Source: an uncultured Chthonomonadaceae bacterium (GTDB taxonomy: Bacteria > Armatimonadota > Chthonomonadetes > Chthonomonadales > Chthonomonadaceae). Taken from it: 64,000 nucleotides of DNA. Where the stretch lies: contig CAWIEK010000050.1 in the NCBI GenBank assembly GCA_963835065.1, positions 128,001-192,000 on the forward strand. Direction: 5' to 3'. The position numbers and the translations under genes were made by a program. This document shows, piece after piece, positions 23,992 through 34,533 of the stretch. Below the pieces are notes generated by a model. That model was not told the origin of the DNA, did not search any database, and saw only the letters and a list, made by a program, of their open reading frames with translations. Every line of letters starts with the position of its first letter. The stretch's first letter is position 1.

Positions 23992-24690
23992 TTAAACCGG
24001 CGAGACTTGAATGACGCCGTTTTCAATGCGCGCGACTTCGGGAACGCGCTGGCCGGGTACGGCGCGTTCGCCGTCTTCCGGGGCGCGGGCGATCTGGCTG
24101 CCGATACGCACCAGTTGCGGGCGCATGTTGCCTGCCGTGATACTGGCGGCTTCGTTGCCCTGGCTGCCCGCGTGGGCGACGCCGCGCAGCGTGCCGAAAA
24201 TCAGAATGTCGCCTTCGGCGATCACTTCCGCGCCCGGATTCACATCCCCGCCGATAACGATATGTCCGTTATGTACAATGCGCTGCCCGGAACGGATAGT
24301 CTGGGGCAAATACAGCGCGTTGCTCAGGCCGGTCACGCCCTCCTCTTTGGCTTCCAGACTGCCGCCGGGAAGCATCAGGTAGGTATTGAGGACGAGGGCG
24401 CGGGCCGCTTCGCGCGTTACCGGGTCGGTTGCCACAACCGCGACGACCAGCATCCCCTGCGTTTGTTTCAGGCGTTCCGCCAGTTCCAGCAGGGCCGTTT
24501 GGGAAACCGCCCGCGCGCCCAAGTCCAGCGTGACGTGCGCGCCCTGCCAGTTTTGTCCCTGCGGTCCTTCCGCCAGCCTGCTGTTGATCCGCGCCAGCGC
24601 CTCGTCCCACTTGCCGTCGGAAGGCACTCTCAGCAGCAATTCGTTCAGCAGACGATTCCGCCACTCCGTTAATTCTACCGCCTGATTCAA
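23992..24690 (-). CDS. minC: Septum site-determining protein MinC
   Basis: TIRSGQ, GDVNPGAE and GTLRGVAHAG motifs; TTG start after GGAGGAG (start uncertain). Confidence 0.92.
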   Translation of the reverse strand: MNQAVELTEWRNRLLNELLLRVPSDGKWDEALARINSRLAEGPQGQNWQGAHVTLDLGARAVSQTALLELAERLKQTQGMLVVAVVATDPVTREAARALVLNTYLMLPGGSLEAKEEGVTGLSNALYLPQTIRSGQRIVHNGHIVIGGDVNPGAEVIAEGDILIFGTLRGVAHAGSQGNEAASITAGNMRPQLVRIGSQIARAPEDGERAVPGQRVPEVARIENGVIQVSPV

Positions 24691-25072
24691 GCCATCTCCT
24701 CCACGCGCCGTATTCCGGCTCCGCCTGAACACCGGAAACATTGCAGCCGGATGAACCCGGAACGGGAAACTGCAACGATGTTGACTACTTGCGCATAAAT
24801 AACAAGCCGACGCTTATTTCGGTGTCGCGGCTGTGGTATCCTCCTTTATTGGTAGTATCTCCTTTATTGATTGTTTGGGGAGAGTTGTTTCTGTCGTGGA
24901 CTACTTCTTGTTTCGCGCCGACGCGCGGTTGCAGGAATTTGCCCACTGCTTCGTGAATACAAGACTCTACAGGTTTGACGGCGACAGACGAAAATAGAAG
25001 GTGTCGTGGAAAGGTTTTCAAAGTATTTCAAAGCAGGTATTTCAAGGCGGTAAGTGTTTTTGAGGAATTTAC

Positions 25073-25705
25073 ATGACGAGCGAAAACGAACCTGAACCCG
25101 GTAAGAAACTGGAACTTGACAGCGAGCGCATTTCTCTGCAAACCGTGATGCAGGTGATTCATGTGCCGCCCGTAAAGCGCGTGGTTCCGCGCAGCGTGTA
25201 CGTCCGTATTCAGGCGTGGAAAGCGGGTCTGCGCCTTTCCGGGCTTGGCTATGGGGTGTTGGCGGGGCTGTGCGGGCTGTTGATAGTGTACTTCCTGTAC
25301 AGTTTGGTGACAAGTCTGACGTTCAATGCGGGCAGCACGTCGTGGGAAAGCATCGGTGTGGCCGTACTCAGTTGTCTGGTCGGCATCGGCGTGGCGGCAA
25401 TGGAGATTGGAAACTGTCAGGAAAGCGGCGCGGAGCGGCTGGAACAAGCGCGGCGCATAGCCCCCGTCACGCCCCTGACCCGCGCCAATACCGCGCATTT
25501 GCCTGCAAAAGAGAGCCTGGTGCGTCCCTCCTCGGAAGCGGATCGGGAAACCGGGGACATGCTGCGCCCCGCCAGCGTCCATGATGCCGTTCCCGCCCCG
25601 CACATGCTGCGGCCCGTTACGGCGCAGCCGGACACGCTTCCAGTCGAGCAATTGATACGCCCGGCGACAAGTCCAGGCGAGGCAGGTTCCCGCGCCGACA
25701 ATTAA
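25073..25705 (+). CDS. Hypothetical membrane protein
   Basis: GAGGA RBS; two hydrophobic segments; repeated L(V/R)RPA/S motif in the C-terminal half. Confidence 0.65.
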   Translation: MTSENEPEPGKKLELDSERISLQTVMQVIHVPPVKRVVPRSVYVRIQAWKAGLRLSGLGYGVLAGLCGLLIVYFLYSLVTSLTFNAGSTSWESIGVAVLSCLVGIGVAAMEIGNCQESGAERLEQARRIAPVTPLTRANTAHLPAKESLVRPSSEADRETGDMLRPASVHDAVPAPHMLRPVTAQPDTLPVEQLIRPATSPGEAGSRADN

Positions 25706-25837
25706 TTCCTTGCAAATAAAGAAGCCTTTGCTTGTAAGGCCGTCAGACGCCCTGTTGTTCCGATGCAGAGTACCGCATCAGGGACAAGCCTCTTGCGTTT
25801 ACGCCGGGGCAGTTGACTACCTCTTATGTTCCCTCGC

Positions 25838-26143
25838 TTACTCCTGCGTTTCGTCTTGTGCATTTCCGGGCGGCAGTCTGCGCTCGAAACGGTACAGGAT
25901 GTTTTCCAGCCGCAGACGCTGCATCTCGCGCTGTGTTTCGGCATTTTCGCGGTCACGCTGATGTTCAAAAGTAAGACGCTGAAGAGCTTCAGCCAGACGG
26001 TCTATTTTCTGGTTGATCTCCTTGATGTCCTGCCGAATAGCTTTTACGTCTTCGCGCAGTTCCTTAATATCTGCATCATGCTGCTCCGTCTTGCGCACAA
26101 GCGCGAAAACTTTGTTGCCAAGTTCGACGAGTTGTTTCCACAT
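25838..26143 (-). CDS. Small coiled-coil hypothetical protein
   Basis: Heptad-like pattern IKELREDVKAIRQDIKEINQKIDRL. Confidence 0.65.
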   Translation of the reverse strand: MWKQLVELGNKVFALVRKTEQHDADIKELREDVKAIRQDIKEINQKIDRLAEALQRLTFEHQRDRENAETQREMQRLRLENILYRFERRLPPGNAQDETQE

Positions 26144-26147
26144 GTTG

Positions 26148-26372
26148 TTATACCGCCGCCATCATTGTGTCAAGGCGCTCTTGTGCCCGCGCTTTGATGA
26201 GGTCGCTTTCGGCTTTAAGAATTTGCGTTTCCACCTTCAAGCGTTCGATCACAACGCGGTCGTCCTGCATCTTCTCCTCAAGGAGCGTCATTTCCCGCAA
26301 TAGACGCGCAAAAGCGGCTTTGTAATCGGCCGTAGTTTTGGGGTTGGTTTGCGCCTCAACAATTTCGTCCAT
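26148..26372 (-). CDS. Small hypothetical protein
   Basis: GGGAGA RBS; ends 4 nt before the next gene starts. Confidence 0.6.
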   Translation of the reverse strand: MDEIVEAQTNPKTTADYKAAFARLLREMTLLEEKMQDDRVVIERLKVETQILKAESDLIKARAQERLDTMMAAV

Positions 26373-26411
26373 GTTCGTTCTCCCGCACCCGTAAAAGATA
26401 AAATTTAGTGT

Positions 26412-26539
26412 TCAAGCCGCTTGCTTGTAAATGTTCTGTTGGGCAATCTGCATCAGCAGGCGTAAGGCTTGGTTGACCGCTTCGGCTGTGGGAACGCTTG
26501 CGCGACATCCTCATCCAAAACGACAATGTTGCCGCTCAC
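26412..26539 (-). pseudogene. Remnant of a BrnA-like antitoxin gene
   Basis: Manual translation across one frameshift: GNIVVLDEDVAQAFP/TAEAVNQALRLLMQIAQQNIYKQAA*; N-terminus and toxin partner absent. Confidence 0.55.
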
Positions 26540-26625
26540 CTTTTACTGCGTCGCATATCTGTTCTAGATGAGTGAGCGGAAAACTTTATTGTCTAGCGAT
26601 TGACAACCTTTAAGGCGATGTTATT

Positions 26626-26868
26626 CTACACGAACCAACCTTCGGCTTTCGCTTTATCAGTTAAGCGTTGCAAGGTTGCTGCGTCAGGAATACGCGCTGC
26701 TCCGCGCCCTTGAAGTGAGTTATCAGGCCGCCGATAGATAAAGCGATAGCCCTTTTCTTCTCTGCCGTCGTCGTGAAGAAGAGTTATGCGCTGGAAGCAC
26801 AATGTCCAGCCACTAACAACTGGCTCCTTGACTTCTTGATCGTATTTGATTTTAGCTGATTTAGCCAC
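26626..26868 (-). CDS. Small hypothetical protein
   Basis: AGGAGG RBS before GTG 26868; WTLCFQ...GYRFIYRRPD...ARIP. Confidence 0.65.
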   Translation of the reverse strand: MAKSAKIKYDQEVKEPVVSGWTLCFQRITLLHDDGREEKGYRFIYRRPDNSLQGRGAARIPDAATLQRLTDKAKAEGWFV

Positions 26869-27220
26869 GACTAACCTCCTGATATTTGAACATTGAAGTC
26901 GGGAGCAGCAAGTTTGTAATTTCGTCGTTCCTGCAATTTCTGTCAGGTCACTCGTTGACACAATTAAGCTTATCAGAAAGTTGTCAGGTGATCTAATCCA
27001 CAGACAGATCATTGACAAGGCACAGGTCTTTACATCCAGCCTACAGAAACATATAGCTGCTTTCAGCCATTATAACGAAGGCTGCAAAGAATGTCAATCT
27101 CATTCCTCAAATAACCTTTTTTCACCATCAATGGCTGATGCTGTTATCCGCGCATTATTTGCCGAAGTGCTTGCGGAACAGCGGAACAAGCGCTCACACC
27201 TTTTTTGCCTGCATCTGTCC

Positions 27221-28015
27221 TCAGCCTGCGTTGTTGAGCCAGTTGACGACGTAATCGCGGTACGCGGTCCAGATTTCGGGGAAGCGCGTGACGTTGGGAA
27301 TGTGGTTCACTTCCAGCAGGTGTTTTGTGCCCTGTGGTGATACGATGTAGTCATTGGCGACGATTTCCAAGCCGAACGCCTGCCCGATAGCGCGCGTGTC
27401 TGCCAGCAATTCCGGGTCTATGTCCATAAAGGCGGCATCGGGCGCGTGAATGGATTTGAGCCAGTCCGCGCCTTCCAATTTAATTTGCCAGAATTGATCG
27501 CCGATGACAACAACGCGCGCGGCCTGACCGGGCAGAAACTCCTCCACAATGCAGGCGTCTTCGCTTGTCCACGTTCCCGTAAAGCGGGCTTTGTTTTCGC
27601 CGCAATGCCAGTTGCCCCATTTTGCCACGCGCTCATCCTCCGAAACAAACGGCGCGTGTGGCCCCGCATAGCCGCGCTGCGGCGAACTGAACCGGGTCAC
27701 TTGCAGGGCGCGTATCAAGCAAGGGAATTTCAAACGGCAGTCCATCATCGCCCGCGCCGCAGGCAGGCACGGCCCATTCCACAAAGCCAGTCCGCAAAAG
27801 AAGTCCAGATCGTTGTCGTAAATGGCATGGAACACCACTTTGTCAACGGCGATCATGCCGGGCGAACGCCGCGCTTCCACAAGCAGGCGCCCGTCATTGA
27901 CCACAATGCGCGGCACGGTCTCATGCGCAATCAGCCCGACGCCGGGAGGAAGCCGCTCCCGAATTTCCGCCACTTCCGCTTCATCCAATCCCACAATGCA
28001 AAATCGCTCTGCCAT
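27221..28015 (-). CDS. ATP-grasp fold (RimK-like) protein
   Basis: IVEEFLPG, RVVVIG, ANDY and LLEVNHIPN motifs. Confidence 0.7.
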   Translation of the reverse strand: MAERFCIVGLDEAEVAEIRERLPPGVGLIAHETVPRIVVNDGRLLVEARRSPGMIAVDKVVFHAIYDNDLDFFCGLALWNGPCLPAARAMMDCRLKFPCLIRALQVTRFSSPQRGYAGPHAPFVSEDERVAKWGNWHCGENKARFTGTWTSEDACIVEEFLPGQAARVVVIGDQFWQIKLEGADWLKSIHAPDAAFMDIDPELLADTRAIGQAFGLEIVANDYIVSPQGTKHLLEVNHIPNVTRFPEIWTAYRDYVVNWLNNAG

Positions 28016-28192
28016 GCTGTTTTCCTTCTCTTGTGTTGTTTCCGCGCTTGTTCCCTGTCGGCCTTCAAACGCGCGATTTCTTTCCTAAGATTGTGACAGC
28101 CCCCGGAGCCATTTTGGTACACGCGCCTTTCCCATGCGTTCATCGGGAAGAAGGTGTTTCTTGCTTGCCGTGTTTGTGTCATACTCATACCT

Positions 28193-30784
28193 ATGAGCAG
28201 ACAAATTTTTCTTTTCAGTATAATCGCGTTCGTACTGTCCACTTACGGCATGGAGGCGCGTTCGCAGCAGCGGCTTCCCGGCTTTGCGGCTAGTCCCAAC
28301 TTTGGCGAACAAACGCTGGAAGAAACCACGCCCGAAGGCATACGGCTGCTGCTGAACGCGCCGACTACGAGCCAATTCGACGCGAAGCGGCCTACCCTGC
28401 TGATTGTTTACGCCACGCCCAACGGCAGCACCCTTGAGCAGGCAATGGGTTCCGCCCTTGACGCGGATAAGGGCGTGGACGCGCGTTTCGACAATCAGCA
28501 CATTGCGGCGCAGACGCGGCGATTGCGCGAGATTGACAAAGGGGAAAACATCGTCCTCGCCTGCGTGGAAGCGGCGGGATTGAGTTGGCCCGCATGGCGA
28601 CAAAAACATGCCGACAATCCTGCCCTGATCCGCGCATTGGTGGAAAGCGTGAGAAAACGGGTTCCGGGCGCTCCGGTTCGCATGGCGCTGACGGGACACA
28701 GCGGGGGAGGCAGTTTCCTGTTCGGCTTCCTCAACAGCGTGGAAACCATACCCGCATACGTGGAGCGTATCGCTTTTTTGGACGCCAATTATTCCTACTC
28801 CGAAGCCGACAAGCACGGCGACAAACTCTTGGCGTGGCTGAAGGGCAACGGCAAGCGGCATTTGGTCGTGCTGGCTTACGATGACCGCAACATTACGGTT
28901 GACGGCAAACCTGTTGTCGGGCCGGACGGCGGCACGTACCGCGCCACCCACCGGATGCTGGACACGTTCGCCAAAACCGTTCCTTTAGCGGAAACGGTTC
29001 AGGGGGAGTTTACGCGATGGGAAGGGATGCAGGGACGCAGCATGTTCCTCATCCACAACAACCCGGCCAACAAAATTCTGCACACCGCGCTTGTCGGCGA
29101 TATGAACGGCTTTCTGATGGCAATCACGCAGGGCACAAAGGAGGAATCTGCATGGGGAACATTCGGCGGCCCGCGCGCTTACACCGATTGGATACAGCCC
29201 GCCGCGCCACCGGTAAAACCAACCACGCCGCCCCTAAAGCCAACTGACAAACCCGATAAACCGGCAGGCGTACAGGAAAAATCGGCGGTATTGCTGGACG
29301 ATTTTGTTTATGAAGATCAACAGAGAAGTTGCGTGAAGGCGAATATGATTCCTGTCAATCTAATCAATCCAAAACCTGATGCCATCATTCTTGACGCGGC
29401 GCCGGCCACGTATCGCCAACTCGCGGATGATGTAGAAGCGAACTTAACGCGGCATGTTCTGGCGAAGTGGTTCCCGAATGCCATTGACAGCGAACACGGC
29501 GGCTTTTACCAGAACTTCCGCGAGGATTGGTCACGCGACCCGAAAAACGACAAGGGACTGGTATATCAATCCCGTTTAACGTGGATCGCGGCGCAGGCTG
29601 CAATGCGCTATCCCGCCCAATCCGTCCAATATCGTGACGCCGCCCTGCGCGGTTTGGATTTTCTGGAGGGCAAGCTGTGGGATAAGGAACACGGCGGCTT
29701 CTTTTGGGCGCTGGATGAGAACGGGCAGCCGGAGCGGGCCGGCGAAAAGCATGTGTACGGTATTTCCTTCGGCATCTATGCGGCAATCGCATGTTATCAG
29801 GCCACGCAAGAACCCCGCGCCCTGGCTCTGGCAAAACGCGCCTATGAGTGGCTGGAAACTCACGCCCACGACAAGCGCAACGGCGGCTATTATGAAGCGC
29901 TGACGCGGGAAGGCAAACCCATTCTCGCCCCGGCTGCCACTCCCAATGCCGGGCAGAATGATTTCATCGGTACGCATTATGGCTATAAGTCCATGAACAC
30001 GCACATCCATTTGCTGGAAGCGCTCACGTCCCTGTACCACGCCTGGCCGGACGCGCGGGTGCGAACGCGCTTGCAGGAAGTGTTTACGCTTGTGCGTGAC
30101 CGTATCGTGGTGGAACCGGGCTGCATGAATCTTTTCTATACCCCGGCATGGCGTCCCATTCCCGACCATGATTCCTTCGGGCATGATGTGGAAACCGCCT
30201 TCCTGCTTGTGGAAGCGGCACAGGAATTGAACCGAACGCAAAAAGTGAGACAGGTAGAAGTGAATCAGGCAGAAGCGAGTCATGTGGAAGTAAACCCGGC
30301 ACAAGCAAACCATGCCGAAGTAAACCCTGCGCAAGCAAATCATGCGCGAGTGGATACTGCGCAGGACGCGAAAACATGGCGAGCGGCGCGGCAGTTGGTA
30401 GACCATGCGCTTGATTATGGCTGGGACGAAACCAACGGCGGCTTCTACGACTCCGGCACGGCATTCGGAGCGCCGGTTGTCACGGATAAAATCTGGTGGG
30501 TGGAAGCGGAAGGCTTGAACGCACTGCTGCTGATGCACGAGAAATACGGACACGAAACGCCCCGCTACTGGCAGGCATTTCAGCGCCAATGGCAGTTTAT
30601 CCAGCAGTACCAGACGGACAATCGCTACGGCGGCTGGTTTGCGGTTGTCACCCGCGACGGCAAGCCAACCCCCGGCCACATCAAAAGCGATCAATGGACA
30701 GAGGCGTATCATCAAGGCCGCGCCCTGCTCGTCGTCAGCGCCACCCTGCGCCATCTCGCCGAAGCCGAATCGCCCAAAAAGTAA
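28193..30784 (+). CDS. Secreted fusion protein: alpha/beta-hydrolase-like domain + AGE/cellobiose 2-epimerase domain
   Basis: Signal peptide; GHSGG nucleophile elbow; epimerase motifs YQSR, KSMNTHIHLLEA, SFGHDVE, WWVEAE and AYHQGRA. Confidence 0.85.
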   Translation: MSRQIFLFSIIAFVLSTYGMEARSQQRLPGFAASPNFGEQTLEETTPEGIRLLLNAPTTSQFDAKRPTLLIVYATPNGSTLEQAMGSALDADKGVDARFDNQHIAAQTRRLREIDKGENIVLACVEAAGLSWPAWRQKHADNPALIRALVESVRKRVPGAPVRMALTGHSGGGSFLFGFLNSVETIPAYVERIAFLDANYSYSEADKHGDKLLAWLKGNGKRHLVVLAYDDRNITVDGKPVVGPDGGTYRATHRMLDTFAKTVPLAETVQGEFTRWEGMQGRSMFLIHNNPANKILHTALVGDMNGFLMAITQGTKEESAWGTFGGPRAYTDWIQPAAPPVKPTTPPLKPTDKPDKPAGVQEKSAVLLDDFVYEDQQRSCVKANMIPVNLINPKPDAIILDAAPATYRQLADDVEANLTRHVLAKWFPNAIDSEHGGFYQNFREDWSRDPKNDKGLVYQSRLTWIAAQAAMRYPAQSVQYRDAALRGLDFLEGKLWDKEHGGFFWALDENGQPERAGEKHVYGISFGIYAAIACYQATQEPRALALAKRAYEWLETHAHDKRNGGYYEALTREGKPILAPAATPNAGQNDFIGTHYGYKSMNTHIHLLEALTSLYHAWPDARVRTRLQEVFTLVRDRIVVEPGCMNLFYTPAWRPIPDHDSFGHDVETAFLLVEAAQELNRTQKVRQVEVNQAEASHVEVNPAQANHAEVNPAQANHARVDTAQDAKTWRAARQLVDHALDYGWDETNGGFYDSGTAFGAPVVTDKIWWVEAEGLNALLLMHEKYGHETPRYWQAFQRQWQFIQQYQTDNRYGGWFAVVTRDGKPTPGHIKSDQWTEAYHQGRALLVVSATLRHLAEAESPKK

Positions 30785-30910
30785 TCCCACCCCACACATC
30801 GCCCGAAAATACAGGAAACACGTCACTTCTGCAAGGTAATGGGAACAGACCGGCAACAAAACAGGTATCCTGAAACAAGTGCAAGATTTCTTTATGTCCT
30901 GTTCGCCGAT

Positions 30911-30933
30911 GGCGCAATAAATTGCGCCCCTAC
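30911..30933. repeat. REP-like palindrome
   Basis: GGCGCAAT-AA-ATTGCGCC-CCTAC; similar unit at 55259..55282. Confidence 0.55.
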
Positions 30934-31009
30934 GAAATTTTACTGGAACCTAAAACCCTAACACCATAGAACCCTAAACCCCATTACCCTACGACCGGGA
31001 GCGTCCCTC

Positions 31010-31795
31010 ATGTATAGTCGCTATAACAATTATAATAGTCCGCAGCAAAAGCTGCAGCGGTTCGTCGCCACAACCGGAGCGCCTTTCACCGTTACGCTGA
31101 TCGCGCTGAACGTGATTTCGTTCTTCTGCGGCGAAACGCTGCGCGCGTCCAGTCCCTTCCATTGGCTTGTGTTCATTTCCGTTCTGTTTCCGCAGCGATT
31201 CTGGACACTGCTGACGTGGCCTTTGGCCGGCGGCGGGCATCCGTTCAACCTGCTGCTGATGTGCCTGTGGGCGTTCTGGGTGTGCGGCAGCCTGGAACGT
31301 AGTTGGGGTTGGCGCGCGTTTCTAGGCTTCTTCTTCGGCAGCGCGGCATTGATGGCGATAAGCGTGTGGATTGGCGGAATACTGCTTGGCATTCCTCTTA
31401 CCGGATTGGCGGGCTTGTACCTGGCGGTTGCCGCGCCCACCATCGCCTGGTGTGTGATTAACGCCAGCGAAGCGATTATGCTGTACGGCATTTTTCGCAT
31501 CCCCGCGCCCGTGCTGATGGCGCTGACGCTGGTTGTCGTGTGGTACGAGTTGGGTTCTGGCGTACTGGGGCTGTTCGGCCTGGTAAGCTGCGGGGCGGCG
31601 TACTGGTATGCCCGCTATGGCCGCTATATGTGGCGCGGCTATGCCCCCGCCCGCTCCAAAACGCCGCCCCCGCTGCGCCTTCTGGACGAAGACCGGGTTC
31701 CCGCGCGCGGCGGATTGGCGGGCTGGTTCCGCGCCAGACAGGAACAGCGCAAACTGGAAAAACTCTGGAAGAACTCCACGAAAAACGACGATTGA
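31010..31795 (+). CDS. Rhomboid-like membrane protein
   Basis: WTLLTWP, HPFNLLL and GSLERSWG motifs; multiple TM segments; no clear GxS catalytic motif. Confidence 0.6.
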   Translation: MYSRYNNYNSPQQKLQRFVATTGAPFTVTLIALNVISFFCGETLRASSPFHWLVFISVLFPQRFWTLLTWPLAGGGHPFNLLLMCLWAFWVCGSLERSWGWRAFLGFFFGSAALMAISVWIGGILLGIPLTGLAGLYLAVAAPTIAWCVINASEAIMLYGIFRIPAPVLMALTLVVVWYELGSGVLGLFGLVSCGAAYWYARYGRYMWRGYAPARSKTPPPLRLLDEDRVPARGGLAGWFRARQEQRKLEKLWKNSTKNDD

Positions 31796-31819
31796 TGCGA
31801 ATGACAAACAGGTGAAATC

Positions 31820-34451
31820 ATGCAGCGAAGCATACTACTGGCAGGCGTCTTGCTGCTGTTCGCAGCGGTGAGCGGGCGCGCGGAGAAACGGATGCAGAAC
31901 GCAACAACGGCGGAAAACAGCGTGGTTTTTCAGGGGGAGGCGACTGCGCCCAAAGAGCCACTGAGTCTGTGGTATCGCCATCCCGCGCAAAAGTGGGTGG
32001 AAGCCCTGCCGGTGGGCAATGGACGGCAGGGCGCAATGGTGTTCGGCGGCGTTTTGCAGGAACACCTGCAGCTGAACGAGTTTACCCTCTGGTCGGGCGA
32101 ACCGAAGGACGGCAACAATCCGGGCGCAAAGGATGTTCTGCCGAAAATACGCGCCGCGCTGTTCGCCGGGAAGTACGCCGAAGCCGACAGGCTGTGCCGC
32201 CAGATGCAGGGGCCGTATACCGAAGCCTATATGCCGCTTGGCGACCTGCGCCTTGATTTTGAACCTCCTGCCAATCCTGCTGCTGTCAATACCGCAGCCG
32301 CTAATTCCAATTCTGCCGCTTTGCCCGCCAATTCCGCCCAGGCAAATTCCAATCCGGCAAATGCGATTCAAAATTACGCGCGTACCCTCGATCTGCATCG
32401 CGCCATCGTCACCACGCGCTACACCCAAAATGGCGTCACGTTCACCCGCGAAGTTTTTGCCAGCCATCCCGATCAGGTTATCGTCGTGCATCTGACCGCC
32501 GACAAGCCCGGCCAGATTTCGTTTCGCGCGCATCTGGACAGCCCGCTCCAGCATCAGACGGCGGCGGACGGAACCCGCGCCCTGATTATGCAGGGACGCG
32601 CGCCCGTCCACGCCGACCCCAATTACGTTCGCAGCGACAACCCGATACGCTACGACGCGGCGGAAGGCGGCGGGCGGAACCCGCTTTGAAGCCCGCCTGC
32701 ACATCGAAACGCAGAACGGCATCATTACGGCGGATGGGGACAGCCAGCGCGTCATCGGAGCCGACAGCGTGACGCTCCGGCTTGCCGCCGCCACCAGTTT
32801 CAATGGCTACAACCATTCGCCGAGCCGGGAAGGCAAACACCCGGCTGAACTTACCACGCAGGTTTTAACAGCCGCTTCCGCCCATACTTACGACAAACTT
32901 CTTGCCGCCCACGTCGCCGATTACCGGAAACTGTTCGGGCGCGTGGAACTCGATCTCGGCGCGGCGAAAACAAACAATCTGCCCACTGAGGAGCGCGTAA
33001 AACAGTTTCACGACAGCAACGATCCGCAGCTTGCCACCCTGCTGTTTCAGTATGGCCGGTATCTGATGATCGCCGGTTCGCGTCCGGGCGGGATGCCGCT
33101 CAACTTGCAGGGTATCTGGAACGACTCGACGCGCCCGCCCTGGAGTTCCAACTATACCATCAACATCAATACGGAAATGAACTACTGGCCTGCCGAAACC
33201 ACCAACCTGGCCGAGTGTCACCTGCCCCTGCTGGATTTTCTGTCCGGGCTTGCCGCCAATGGAAGCAAAACCGCGCAAGTTAATTACGGCGCGCATGGCT
33301 GGACAGCCCACCATAATACCGATGTATGGGCGCAATCCAACCCTGTCGGCAACGGGAGCGGCTCTCCTCAATGGGCGAACTGGCCTATGGGCGGCGCATG
33401 GCTTTGTCGGCATTTATGGGAACATTACACATTTGGCGGCGACAAGCAATTTTTAGCCGCCCATGCCTATCCGCTGATGAAGGGAGCCGCCGAGTTCTGC
33501 CTGGACTGGCTGATTGACGACGGCAAAGGCCATCTCGTGACCGCGCCGTCCACTTCCCCCGAACACTCCTTTACAACTGCGGACGGCCAACATGCAGACG
33601 TGTCCATCGCTACCGCAATGGACATGGAAGTGATTCACGATCTGTTCACGCATTGTATTCAGGCGTCCGAGGTATTGGGGCAGGACAAAGAGTTCGCGGG
33701 CAAATTGAAAACCGCGCTTGCCCGCCTGTATCCCCTGCAAATCAATGGGCAGGGCGCATTGCAGGAGTGGTTTCAGGACTTCACGCCTTCCGACCCGCAC
33801 CACCGGCACGTATCGCACGTCTTCGGCCTGTACCCCGGCAACGAAATCAATCCCGACACGACGCCCGAATTGTACGCGGCGGCGAAAAAAGCGCTGGAAC
33901 AGCGCGGCGACGGCGGAACCGGCTGGGCGCTGGCGTGGAAAATCAACCTGTGGGCGCGATTGCGCGACGGAGAACACGCTTACATTTTCGTCCGCAACCT
34001 GCTGTCGCCTGCGGAATCAAGGAATGTGCAGTACAACGGCAGCGGCGCGGGCGTATATCCCAACCTGTTCGACGCGCACCCGCCCTTTCAGATTGATGGC
34101 AACTTCGGCTGCACGTCCGGCGTCGCGGAAATGCTGCTGCAAAGCCAGAACGGATATCTGGATTTCCTGCCCGCCCTGCCGTCCGCATGGAAAGAGGGGC
34201 ATGTGAAAGGCTTGCGGGCGCGAAACGGCTTTACGGTTGACATGGAATGGCACAGCGGCAAATTGACAACGGCAACCGTTCATTCCATCAACGGGCAGCC
34301 CTGCCGAATACGCGGCTCCCAAATGCAAATCATGGAAGGCAGCCACGCCGTAAAACCCCGTCAGGCAACCCCGACCACTTTTGAGTTCGCAACGCAGATC
34401 GGTAAAGCGTACCGGATTTTACCAACAGACCTTTCTCATAAATCCTTGTGA
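31820..34451 (+). CDS. GH95 family alpha-L-fucosidase, one apparent frameshift near 32670
   Basis: [41 protein letters not shown] and PFQIDGNFG motifs across two ORFs. Confidence 0.9.
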
Positions 34452-34533
34452 ACAACGTAAAGCCTGTCATCGAGCAGACTTATGAAGAAGCCAATGAAAT
34501 CTTGAGCGGATACCGTGCGTGGTTCACAAGGAT

